Shown one piece after another: positions 11,028-22,204 of a DNA stretch of 32,279 bases; within the stretch, counting starts at the first letter, position 1; every line of letters begins with the position of its first letter. A program made the translations under genes and the position numbers. The notes beneath the pieces were generated by a model. That model was not told where the DNA came from. It did not search any database and saw only the letters and a program-made list of their open reading frames with translations. The DNA is taken from assembly GCF_001194135.2 (NCBI RefSeq), contig NC_069003.1, positions 33,969,780 through 34,002,058 on the forward strand, written 5' to 3'. The DNA is from Octopus bimaculoides (lineage: Eukaryota).

Positions 11028-11759
11028 TTCATACATATACATATACATATACTTATATATAGATACACTTATACATAGACATTTATATATGCATGTACGT
11101 GAATGCATATATGCTACAAATGTTTCGATAACATGGCAATTTATTTGCATCGTTGTATTATATCAGCTAAAATTGTCAGTCATTTCCTCGCGCTCTTTGG
11201 AACCATTGAAAGAGAAAAATTGACTGCAAAGAAAAATCGATCACGAGAAAACTTTCGGATAAGTTCACTTTGATAGTGTTAATATTACTGGAGTGGTGGA
11301 TAAGCTCCCATCCAATTAAACATCGTCATTCTAGTAGCATCAGTTCGTTTTTTGAAAAAATAGGAGAGGTCAAATTCTAATTCAAATCAAAATGTGGACA
11401 TTCAACAGCTGAGTCATTTAGTAACATATTTTAGAAGTTCGCGATATAACACGTGACAAAAAGATTCTTTTGTGTGAATCTGAGAGGAGAATATGTTGAA
11501 TAAAATCATAATTAACTGATCCTCATCTATTATATTTTACCCAAAGCCAATAGCTTTTCAGCACCACCTCGTATACTTATTTACGTCCATGTGTACATAG
11601 AAACTTGAATGGTAGCCCTAATGTGCCAACCAGTTTAGCTCAACGGACAAGCCAGTCGGTACCTTTAACGGAACGAGTTCACTCTGTTGCAAAGATTCAG
11701 ACCAAACCGTCAGTCATTCCCCAAAGGGCCTGTTCCATTGTGACCAATATATATCTGTG

Positions 11760-11794
<35 letters not shown>

Positions 11795-11849
11795 NNNNNN
11801 NNNNNNNNNNNNNNNNNNNNNNNNNNNNNNNNNNNNNNNNNNNNNNNNN

Positions 11850-11895
<46 letters not shown>

Positions 11896-12440
11896 AAATT
11901 TCACTTAGGTCAACTTTAGCAGTCTTCCTTTTGGAATTGATAAAATGATAAAATAAAGCGCCGAACTACGCCAGAAGATCGGTGGAACGTGATACCTTAC
12001 CGTTATCTGTTCTGACTCTGCGCATTCCGAGCACATCTCTTGCGATGACATTGATGCCACACTTTATTCACTTCACCTTTCCATTGGACAACAACGTCGT
12101 TGATGAGCGACCAGGAATTGGAAAACTTGTACGCTTGAGCCACTGACGATCTTATATAACACACCCTTGCACAAGCCTGCGCCAACGGAGGCAGATACAA
12201 GATCACACTTGATCGAGAAAGGGAATAAATACCTGGAACAGCACTTGCAATAGCATTTTATATGTTGAGTTCAAATTCCTCCTGGGACAACTTTATCCAG
12301 ATTACGAATTTAAATGCATCCATTGTCATAATTTTGTTTCTGGAAATAAATCTTTCAAAAAGCGATAGTGTCTATTTATTCATAGAATGGCCGGAGAGTG
12401 AATGCTTGTCTTGCAAAGAAATTGGGTTCAAAGGAGTTGG

Positions 12441-12481
<41 letters not shown>

Positions 12482-12537
12482 TTGTTTGCGCGCGTGTATA
12501 TGTGTGTATGAACGTATGTATATAAGTATGTACGAAA

Positions 12538-12612
<75 letters not shown>

Positions 12613-12664
12613 TAGATAGATAGATAGATAGATATACATATATATTTATATATACACACGCACG

Positions 12665-12699
<35 letters not shown>

Positions 12700-12749
12700 T
12701 GTATATATATATATTATATATGCATGTATACATGTATATATGCATGTAC

Positions 12750-12780
<31 letters not shown>

Positions 12781-14013
12781 TGTATGTAGAGAATCATAAC
12801 ACGCATTTTTTATAATCTTACATTATTTTGTCTTTTTTCTACCGGTCCTCCTGACAAAAGAAAATTATCCGAAACGTCGATTTCTCGTACACTTCTTCTC
12901 AGCGTCATTCATTAACTTTGTCACTAATGTTTTTTGCTTATTTTTGCTCTTTTGTTTATTTTTTCTCTTTTACAATTTCCTACATTTATTGGTTGATCCA
13001 TCTCTACTTTGACAAATATAGTGACGACTACTTCGTTGATGAGATCAGAATAAAACTGAAACACGCCGGTAGTTTTCTCTGTTAAGTGTTCAACAAATAC
13101 AAATAACGTTGATTTTGTCCTTGCTGCAAAATTATTCCAGGTTGTTTTTTGTTTTTTCTTTTTTCTCTTAGTTTTTTTTTATGTTTATTTATCATTTTTT
13201 TTTACATCAAACTAACCTAACATTCAATGCCTTGAGAAAAAAATGTCCACCGCTTAATTCACGTGCTATATTCTGCGGTGTCTGCAAACGCTGAGATAAA
13301 TAAATAAATTTATAAATAAAATAAATTTATAAAAAATATTTTAAACTGAAAATCTTGGTGATTAATAATTATTATCGGTTTTAGTAAATTCATTTACAGT
13401 GTCTTAAAGAGATTTTGTGTGTTTTTTGTTTCTTTTTTATCTAATTCAATGTTCCACAACCTTTCTTCGCTCGCGGTACACTTATACTCTTTTCAAAATC
13501 CAGCGGCATAATGAAATAAATACATAACTAACATTATAGGGGAACACTGCGGCACACCTAGCATCTTCTCGTGGCACGTCAAGTGTGCCGCGGCATACCG
13601 GTTGCGGAACACTGATCTAATTCACCAAACAGACGTCTGTCTTTGAATTTTCAATCAAAGACAGCAGCAACTTCGATGGTTTTGAAAGGAAGAAGAAACT
13701 ACATCACGTGAGTTGCTGCATTAGAGAGCAACACATCAACGTGTCGAATTGAACGAGACTTGAGTTCCCTCAGGTCACGGATGTATTTGGAATGTTTGCA
13801 ACAGAGTGGGTTCTGAAAAAAGGTACCCAAAGGCAAGATGGGCGGGCTGTTAAACTGGGAAACCGAAAAAGGGATACAAAAAAAAAAGCATGCACTCTAT
13901 CTGTCTTCGGTTTCTACTAAGTCCATCCGTCTAACTTTACTGAATAGGTTTCAGACAAGCCAGAGAGGTATGTGAAAAGACGTGAAAAGACATATATATA
14001 TAGAGAGAGATAT

Positions 14014-14045
<32 letters not shown>

Positions 14046-14065
14046 GTAGATAGATAGATAGATAT

Positions 14066-14113
<48 letters not shown>

Positions 14114-14209
14114 GTAGATTCGAATAAATGTTCGCAAGTATGCATGCATATATGTATGTATGTATATTTACTATGTATGTGTATATGTATATAAGTGTGT
14201 ATATATATG

Positions 14210-14272
<63 letters not shown>

Positions 14273-14948
14273 ATATGTGTATATGTGTATACATGTATGA
14301 GTATATGTGTATGTGTGTGCGCGCGCGTGTGCGTGTGTGCGTGTGTGTGTGTAATTTTTGGCCCAAATCCCCAAACACTTCTTATTGTAAGATTGAAACC
14401 TCAAGTGTGACTTGTATTCTTTATTTTTTTTATTCTTCTTCTTACTTCCTACCGTGACCGCCACTACCATCAGAGACATTAGAAGCTTGGCTATGAAGGA
14501 GATCAGTGGTTTCGTAATTCACACATGCGGCAGGGGTGGAAGAGGAGGCCACTGGCTTGCCATTACTTTAATTGGCAACGCTTTCTACCGGATCGATTCT
14601 CTTTTACCTCACGTCATTAAAATAGGTAACGAAGAATCACTTTTCAATCACTTGGCTGAAGAAATAAAGAACAAACGCACCATGTTGTTTTGTCTGATGG
14701 ACGAAGGTACGGTGTATAATGACTCTTGGATGAAGGAATTGAAACTTAAAGAGAAACTGACGCATTGCTGTGACAGTCGCCATATTCTAACTCGAAAACA
14801 TTGGATCGAACGCAAATTGGGACATTCTTTGCGCAAATCACAAAAGACTATGCACATACCAGCTACCTCTTCGGGCGTATCACAAAATATCAATGATGAA
14901 TCAGATAATTCTTCAGAAACATCACAAAAAGGTTGCAATCTGCTTTAA
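9484..14948 (+). CDS. Josephin-domain deubiquitinase paralogue A (JOSD1/2-like), join(9484..9614,10676..10789,14474..14948), 239 aa, C-terminal CaaX (CNLL)
   Basis: The spliced ORF is 720 nt. Both introns are GT-AG, phase 2, at the JOSD1/2 positions. Motifs are [17 protein letters not shown] (Q13, C18), GNYEISV, GGHW (H108) and IDS (D123). His-Asp spacing is 15, as in MJD proteases. An in-frame upstream stop lies at 9385. Confidence 0.92.
10676..10789 (+). CDS. Gene A coding exon 2 ([37 protein letters not shown]), absent from the ORF track
   Basis: Acceptor TTTTTCTGACCCAG| and donor AA|GTAAGT. 114 nt, phase 2-2. Matches the Josephin GNYDVNV..AL..KG....WFDKR segment. Confidence 0.9.
13480..13614. 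mobile_element. hAT (Charlie-like) terminal remnant in intron 2 of gene A
   Basis: Ends GTGTGCCGCGGCATACCGGTTGCGGAACACTG, whose reverse complement CAGTGTTCCGCAACC is the typical Charlie TIR type. The opposite end was not located. Confidence 0.5.
14474..14948 (+). CDS. Gene A coding exon 3 ([13 protein letters not shown]...GGHW...IDS...NDSW plus a 72-aa tail ending [12 protein letters not shown])
   Basis: Acceptor CCATCAG| at 14473, the first AG after the pyrimidine tract. Contains the catalytic His and Asp. TAA at 14946-14948. Confidence 0.92.
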
Positions 14949-15199
14949 ATTAGTTTCAACAAGATTCTGAAATCTTTGTTTTACTTTACCTTTCGATTTG
15001 TGTGGAAAAAAAACAACAAAAATCATTAACGCTTGCCTCTCTGTCTGTCTGTCTGTCTTTAACATCTGTTTATATTTACATGTATGCGCGTAAATACATA
15101 TATAAGTGTATGCATGTGTGTGTGTGTGCGTGCGTGTGAGGTGACTCTATGTATGTATGTATGTACGTATATGGAAGCATATATGTGCATATCTATGTA

Positions 15200-15235
<36 letters not shown>

Positions 15236-15236
15236 G

Positions 15237-15790
15237 GTCATCTATAACATCTAGGTCAGATAGATGTTATTCTAGATTCCATGAATGCACCACCACTGTT
15301 CGGCCCAATACAAGGACGATGGCCTGGCCATCTCAAGCCATGTGACCGGTCACACCATAGATAAATTCAGGATCTTATTAACATCGTTAACGAATTTGCT
15401 TTATCTAACGGTCACCGCCAACTTAACAAAGATTAACTTCTTAGATGTAACTCTAGATCTCCAGACAAACAAGTACTACCCCTACAGAAAACCGAACGAG
15501 GGAAATGTTTACGTTCATAAACATTCCAACCGCCCTCCAGCTGTAATCAGAAACTTAGTTTCAGATATCATAGAAAAATCTGCAACCTATCGCCAGAGAG
15601 CTCATTCACAGGTCGGTACCCTAATATAACAAGGCTCAAGCTGGAAGTGGTTTTAGTGATAAGACCACCCCCCAACCTGCATCCTCAAACCCTATGAGAA
15701 TTTAAAAAAGAAAAGTAATCTGGTATAATCCTCCCTGCAACCTAGACGTTATTGTTAATATAGCCAGGAGCTTCCCGACCTTAATTATTA
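15237..15790 (+). mobile_element. Penelope-like retroelement reverse transcriptase fragment
   Basis: QYKDDGLAI...INFLDVTLDLQTNKYYPYRKPN..NVYVHKHSNRPP, and downstream KVIWYNPPCNLDVIVNIARSF. These are YxDD, FLD and WFNPP motifs characteristic of PLE RTs. The fragment is degraded. Confidence 0.85.
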
Positions 15791-16218
15791 TAAACTCTTT
15801 TTAATTCCTGTAATGTTAAGAGAGATTCTTCATTGATTCCTTTCAAAGCTTTCTTTATGCCTGTCTCGGTGTTCATAACATTCGACAATTGGTGACCTGT
15901 AGTGAAAGACTATGAAACCTTTCTACCTTTCCAAACAAAGGGAGACCATAGATACAATCTCAAAAATTTAGCGTTGTTAATATAATTGGTACAAATCAGA
16001 AAAGGTTTTGTGCTGCAAACAGCAGAGAACTGAGATATTTGAGATGAAGGGCGGCAGAACTTTGGAGAAATGAAATGATATCTGTTGGAAGTCTGTGATT
16101 GAAATTTGTGAGAATGGAGAGTTCTGGCATTTAGAGAAAGAGTTAGGAGTTGGAATACAGTAGATAAAACTGACTAGCTCCCTCCCCCGAAATTTCAGGC
16201 CTGTAACTATAATGGAAA

Positions 16219-16460
16219 AGGTTATTATTTTCCTGGGGAAGGTGGCGAGCAGGTAGAATCGCTAGTTTGCAGGACAAAGTGTTTGGTGACATTTTTTTTT
16301 TCGACTACACGTTCTGAGTTCAAATTCCACCAGGATCGATTGTGACTTCCATTTTTCTTTTTGGCGGTCGATAAAATAATACCGGTTGAGCAGTGGGGTC
16401 GATGTAATCGGCAAGCCCCTACATCCAGAATTTCAGTCTTTGTGCCAATAGTATAAAGAA
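16219..16460 (+). mobile_element. tRNA-derived octopus-type SINE
   Basis: AAGGTGGCGAGC.GG.AGAATCG head, GTTCTGAGTTCAAATTCC B-box-like motif, and GTCGATAAAATAA.TACC.GTTGAGCA.TGGGGTCGATGTAATCG body, shared with other copies in the window. Confidence 0.75.
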
Positions 16461-16715
16461 AAAATTATATATTAACATAGTCAATCTACAGAATAGCTCC
16501 CTACACTGCTGATGAAATCAGAATATTATTCAGCCGGACTCCAAGTTTATTAAACTCAACCTCGATTATTGCAAACACAAAACATGAAGTTACTCCATCC
16601 TCAATATAAACTTAGATTTCTACCATTAATTAATGGGGCATTTGATTACGTGATTAACTGAATCATTATAAAGCGTAAGAAGTTGGGATTCACAATACCA
16701 GAAAGAGAACACTTA

Positions 16716-16921
16716 CCGTATTTTCTGGGGAAAAAATCGAAATTTTCAAACCAAAATTTACAGCTAAACAAGGTAGGTTGACTTATACACCAAGACGTAG
16801 GAGGACAAAAACCTTCCATGTGAAATGCTACAGGGTTTGGAAAGATAGTGAGGATGTTTGAATGTTTATGCTACATGTTTACACGATACGCTACATCGAA
16901 AATACAGGCCGGAAAATACGG
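16716..16921. mobile_element. Tc2/pogo-type MITE, 206 bp, TA target duplication
   Basis: TA|CCGTATTTTCTGG...CCGGAAAATACGG|TA terminal inverted repeats, with an internal GACTTATAC subterminal motif. Confidence 0.8.
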
Positions 16922-16929
16922 TAATGAGA

Positions 16930-17085
16930 ATATTCGTCGAGGTCGACTTTGCCTTTCATCCTTTCAGGGTCGATAAATTAAGTACCAGTTGCATACTGAG
17001 GTCGATCTAATCGACTGCCCCCCCCCCACCACCATCACCACTCCTCAAAAATTTCGGGCCTTATGTCAAGAGTAGAGAAGAATAC
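16930..17085 (+). mobile_element. Octopus-type SINE, 5'-truncated
   Basis: GAGGTCGACTTTGCCTTTCATCCTTTCAGGGTCGATAAATTAAGTACCAGTTGCATACTGAGGTCGATCTAATCGAC; near mirror of 31385-31575. Confidence 0.8.
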
Positions 17086-17584
17086 TCTAACAAGGACAAG
17101 GGAGATAACTCAGTGCCAGGGGAGGCCACTCTTTTAAAAACCATAAAAAGTATTTTAAAACGATCTGAACATTTTTATATATTTCTGGATTGACACACAC
17201 ACAGAGGAATGAAATGAAATGTGTGTAAGCGGGAAGTGAAGCCGCTTAAAACCTCCCTTCACCCACAATGTTGAAAAACAGACAATATCAATTATTAACA
17301 ATTATTTATAATGAAAGAATTCCCCAGAAAAATGTCACGTATATTTTTCAGTTAATCACATTTTCTGTCCATTCAGTTTATGGCAAAATGACCATTTGTT
17401 TTGCTTCTCCCTGAGAGTTTTCTGCTGACCAGACGTTAATATAAAGACACAGCAAGCTGAGCTGTTTTCTTCTTCCACTCCACTGACGAACAACAAAGGT
17501 GAAACATTGTGTCCAATACAACGAACTTTGATTAAATATGTTTTTTCAGTTGTCTTGTAATACAGGGGGTGTTGTTCCCCTGTA

Positions 17585-17800
17585 CACGTGTGTGTATCTG
17601 CATGTGTGTGTACGTGTACATCTGTATGTGTATGTACATGTGTGTATGTGTATGTGTACATATGTACGTGTGTGTGTACAAGTGTGTGCGTATGTGTATG
17701 TACGTGTGTATGTGTACGTGTGTGCATGTATGTGTATGTACAAGAGTGTGTATATGTACATGTGTGTGCGCGCACATATATGTGTGTCTGTGTGTGTGGG
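17585..17800. repeat. Compound (TG)/(TA) microsatellite. Similar tracts at 9725-9835, 10860-11110, 12445-12790, 13990-14355, 19884-20015, 26345-26660 and 27900-27970
   Basis: Read directly; these tracts account for the spurious YI/CV/HT-rich ORFs in the track. Confidence 0.95.
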
Positions 17801-18099
17801 GGGGGGTAACAGTAAGCAATTTGATTATTTGCTTTTGAGATCCATTCCACAATGTGGTAACTTGCACAAGTGTCAGCCTCAGGTCAACTGGTACACAGAA
17901 ACTGAATGGAAGCTCATCGTGTGTGTGTGTGTGTGAGAGTGCGTGTGTACGTGCGCGCACACATACCGCTAGTTCACATTCTGGCTGGACTGAAAGGGAG
18001 CACATTTCCCTCCTGAAATATCAACTGGAAATAACAACGATTTTGGCCCCCTTCCAACTGAGTTGCTCCCTTCCGTACAGTTAATTATGAACCATAATA

Positions 18100-18330
18100 A
18101 AAGCATGATAGAACATAACAGAACGTCATAGATTGTCATAGAATGTAATATAATAGCATAGGGTGTAATAGAAAGATATATCACAGAATATCATAGAATG
18201 TAATATAGAATGCCACAAAGAATGGCGTAGAATGTAATGTAACCTCATAGAGTCTTTATGAATGTCATAAAATGTCCAAAAAATGAAATAATAGAATGTC
18301 AACAAAATGTCACCATGGAAATGCCATAGA
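18100..18330. repeat. Degenerate 10-bp minisatellite (CATAGAATGT-like)
   Basis: Repeated CATAGAATGT / AATAGAATGT / CACAGAATAT units. Confidence 0.8.
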
Positions 18331-18434
18331 CAGTAAAAAAAAAAACAATAAATTATTAAACAAACACTACACACATTCCTCACACACACTCTCTCTCTCT
18401 CTCTCTCTCTCTCTCTTTATATATATATGTATGT

Positions 18435-18770
18435 ATATATATATATAAAATTTATTAATGAGGGTAGAAATTGATATTAATCAATTAAAACCAGTGGTCT
18501 AGCCTAGTTCTGGAAATTATATTGCAAACCGACAGACTATGCTGACGAGCCTGCAGATATTTATTTATGTAAATTTTAACAGGTGAAACCATGGTACGTA
18601 GGTTAATCGTTTTTTTATTTAGTATTGTTTCATTTGTCTTGCCCTTTTACAGTCTGTTGTGTCGCTGAATTTTTACTGAGAACATGTTTTTTTCGTGGTT
18701 AGATGATTCGGCATCTATTTCTAGCATATAGGAGTCCACTTTTGCTGGTCATTCCTCTTATTTTTGTATA
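18435..18770 (+). mobile_element. Penelope-type terminal-repeat-like element bounded by (TA)n, carrying a hammerhead motif
   Basis: Complex block between TA tracts containing a hammerhead with a palindromic stem III, the known hallmark of PLE termini. Confidence 0.55.
18537..18601 (+). ncRNA. Type I minimal hammerhead ribozyme (Penelope-type)
   Basis: Stem I is CTATG (18537-41) with CGTAG (18597-601). Core CTGACGA at 18542-48. Stem II is GCCTG (18549-53) with CAGGT (18580-84). GAAA at 18585-88. Stem III is the palindrome ACCATGGT (18588-95). The GUA cleavage triplet ends at 18596. Confidence 0.75.
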
Positions 18771-19026
18771 TATATATATATATATATCTATATAAGGATT
18801 CTTATCGGTATCGGCAGTTGGCCAGCTAAGCCAGTCTCACAGCAGTCCAACAATGGCTCAGCTGACTGTAACTTTGGAGTCACTGCCAAAAAAATTCTTG
18901 TGTAAGAATAATAAATTTGTACTCTACAAAAGGATAGAGTAACCCATCAAATTAATTAATTAATTAATGTAAAATTGTTTTTATTATAACCAAACATAAA
19001 AACAACCATTCATATACATATATATA

Positions 19027-19259
19027 TGCAGGGTTGGCCAAAAGTCACCCAACAGTAAATCAAAATTCCATAAATAATTAATATTCAATTTTATTTATTC
19101 ATTCCAATTATGAATGTTTAATTGAATGCTGGTAATTAATATCACCATTTTCTTCAAAATTTGCTTATTTATTAGAGAAGCCTTATTAAGTTGTTAAACA
19201 TAAATAAATCTTGGAATTTAATGGTTTTGATTTACTGCCAGGTGACTTTTGACCAGCCC

Positions 19260-19263
<4 letters not shown>
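19027..19263. mobile_element. Tc1/mariner MITE inserted in (TA)n
   Basis: ~40-bp imperfect TIRs: TGCAGGGTTGGCCAAAAGTCACCCAACAGTAAATCAAAA versus reverse complement TGCAGGGCTGGTCAAAAGTCACCTGGCAGTAAATCAAAA. Flanked by TA. Confidence 0.85.
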
Positions 19264-19307
<44 letters not shown>

Positions 19308-19883
19308 NNNNNNNNNNNNNNNNNNNNNNNNNNNNNNNNNNNNNNNNNNNNNNNNNNNNNNNNNNNNNNNNNNNNNNNNNNNNNNNNNNNNNNNNNNNNN
19401 NNNNNNNNNNNNNNNNNNNNNNNNNNNNNNNNNNNNNNNNNNNNNNNNNNNNNNNNNNNNNNNNNNNNNNNNNNNNNNNNNNNNNNNNNNNNNNNNNNNN
19501 NNNNNNNNNNNNNNNNNNNNNNNNNNNNNNNNNNNNNNNNNNNNNNNNNNNNNNNNNNNNNNNNNNNNNNNNNNNNNNNNNNNNNNNNNNNNNNNNNNNN
19601 NNNNNNNNNNNNNNNNNNNNNNNNNNNNNNNNNNNNNNNNNNNNNNNNNNNNNNNNNNNNNNNNNNNNNNNNNNNNNNNNNNNNNNNNNNNNNNNNNNNN
19701 NNNNNNNNNNNNNNNNNNNNNNNNNNNNNNNNNNNNNNNNNNNNNNNNNNNNNNNNNNNNNNNNNNNNNNNNNNNNNNNNNNNNNNNNNNNNNNNNNNNN
19801 NNNNNNNNNNNNNNNNNNNNNNNNNNNNNNNNNNNNNNNNNNNNNNNNNNNNNNNNNNNNNNNNNNNNNNNNNNNNNNNNNNN

Positions 19884-19931
<48 letters not shown>

Positions 19932-20029
19932 GACACATATACATATCGACACACACATACATATATACACACATACATACACATATATGTACACACATAC
20001 GTACACACACACACAAAAATATATAAATA

Positions 20030-20210
20030 TAGGCGCAGGCATGGTTGTGTGGTTATGTTATGAAGATTGCTTCGTAGCCCCATGGTTTTGGTTTCAATGC
20101 CATTGGATGGCACTTTGGGTGTCTTAGATGGCAGTCTTGAACTGACCAATACCTTGTAATTTAAACGTAGCAGAAGAAAACTGCATGGAAGCCCATTGTT
20201 TGTGTGTGTG
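20030..20210 (+). mobile_element. Diverged tRNA-derived SINE
   Basis: AGGCGCAGGCATGGTTGTGTGGTTA..AAGATTGCTTC....CATGGTTTTGGTTTCAATGCCATTG..TGGCACTTTGGGT head of the same family as 21765 and 24405. Confidence 0.55.
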
Positions 20211-20513
20211 CATTGCCGACATCATTTCCAAGCTGTAAACGCTTCCATAAGATTCTTGCCACCAGAAATACGGTGAACTTGTAATTGGCACATTAAATAC
20301 CAGTAATTAATGCTGTTAACATTCTCAAACTGTGATATAAAATAATTGAATTTTTAAAAATGTTTTTTTAGAAATACATGCAGGTACATAAACACAATAG
20401 ATACACACACACACTACAGACAAACATATAAGCATGTGAACATACAGATATATATATATACGCGTACGTAAATACATGTTTTTATGCATGCATAAACAAA
20501 TATATATACACAT

Positions 20514-20547
<34 letters not shown>

Positions 20548-20850
20548 CACATCATCGACCAGACTATTAGATGTTGTTATACATTGCTGGTCACAGTGTG
20601 CTTCCAAATGATGCCACCCCACTGATGACATATTCTGTCATCGGAGACAAATTGGGAAAAATAGGGAAAATGAAAATGGTATATATTAATGAAATGACGA
20701 CATATATATATATATATATATATATAATTAATTCAATAATGGGATAAAAATCTTTGATAAGAATTTTATCAGGAAGCTAGTGTGTAAAAAAATTCATAAG
20801 GGAAAAAAATCATCATTTTTTTTATTCCCAAGAATATAATTATTCATTTA

Positions 20851-20981
20851 TATTTATATAAGGGCATTCCTACGGAATAATGCCACACACTAGACTTCCA
20901 AAATAAAATGTAAAAATGTGTTTGCTTATTTTGAAAGTCTAGTGTGTGGCATTATTCTGTAGTAATGCCCTTATATAAATA
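20851..20981. repeat. Fold-back inverted repeat (~56-bp arms, 3 mismatches, ~19-nt spacer); probable MITE
   Basis: Left arm TATTTATATAAGGGCATTCCTACGGAATAATGCCACACACTAGACTTCCAAAATAA pairs with 20926-20981. Confidence 0.85.
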
Positions 20982-21764
20982 TATANNNNNNNNNNNNNNN
21001 NNNNNNNNNNNNNNNNNNNNNNNNNNNNNNNNNNNNNNNNNNNNNNNNNNNNNNNNNNNNNNNNNNNNNNNNNNNNNNNNNNNNNATATATATATAGAAT
21101 TAAGATTCAGTTGAGTTAGGTACTTAAATTGAGGCACCTTGTTAGGTCTGAGCAACATGGATACTCAACAATATCAAGTGACTATCAGACTAGATGCACA
21201 AGTACTGGCCATCAGATTTTCTTGCAGTGTATACAGGTAATGGGACCCAGCTGAGTGAAGGTATCCACTCTTTGTTACTCATGGATATATATAATATATA
21301 TATATATATATATAATAATGATAATAATAATAATCACTGATTAAGTAAAAAAATGATGGATTTGGTATTAATCTTTATTTTATTCAACGATCGTTTCAAC
21401 CGATCTTCTTACTGTCCCTTATGGGTGGGATTCTATGCATCATGTTGTGTTGCATCCATTTTGCAGTGTGGGCCACATCAGATACATTCATACACAAAGT
21501 GGTGTCTCACTAAAGAGCTTAAGTTTGGGCGGCCATGTTGTTCCTTGACCACTTGAGTTAGGGAATGGTCTTGTTATCTGACCACAGGATGGGTTGAAAT
21601 GACCATTGTACCAAATAAAAACTAATACCAAATCTGTCTTCCGTTTACTTAATCCATAATTATTATCTCAATTAACACTGTGGAATTCCTTAAGTCGTTA
21701 GTGACAATTGAATTTTTCCTTTTCAGTTTTATATTGTCTATAGCTGCCTTTGTTATTTTATATA

Positions 21765-21890
21765 TGGTTCTGGGTTCAGTCCCACTGCAAGGCACCATGG
21801 GTAAGTGTCTTCTCCTATAGCCTTGGGCCAATCAAAGCCTTGTGAGTGGATTTGGTAGACGGAAATTGAAAGAAGCCTGTTGTATATATG
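21765..21890 (+). mobile_element. tRNA-derived CORE-like SINE fragment
   Basis: GGTTCTGGGTTCAGTCCCACTGCAAGGCACCATGGGTAAGTGTCTT...AAAGCCTTGTGAGTGGATTTGGTAGACGGAAATTGAAAGAAGCC followed by a (TA) tail. Confidence 0.75.
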
Positions 21891-22204
21891 TGTATGTACA
21901 TATATATATATATATATATATCGTTGTTACTTATTTATATATATATGTATGTATGTAGATATGCAGGGCAGGGAATCGTCAATTAGTAATAAAATTAATA
22001 ATTAACAATTTTGCCGGGTAGCTCAGTATGAAAAAACCTTTTCGGTAAAATCATTTATAATCATAAATATATAGGGATTGACAGTAACCTGCTTCTCCAA
22101 CATACTGACAATTCAGAAATAGCAGCCAAAGAACTACTGATTCCAAAACTACAAATTATTACTCTAAATTGATAGCGATTGTATGTATGTATCTATCTAC
22201 ATGA

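Noticed and set aside
12001-12207. CpG-rich unique block in intron 2 of A with a minus-strand GTAAGG donor and a 67-aa ORF
   Set aside because: All three minus frames contain a stop within the putative exon, no family is recognisable, and the true exon 2 of A was found at 10676.
13620-13710. Exon-like segment ending CAC|GTGAGT as a candidate middle exon of A
   Set aside because: No frame resembles Josephin, and 10676-10789 fits phase, length and motif.
14648-14938. Minus ORF 14648..14938 and + ORFs 22682..22864 and 22861..23070 (the first two start with similar MQPFC…EES peptides)
   Set aside because: They are antisense shadows of the Josephin last exons. The similarity only reflects the shared CaaX cassette.
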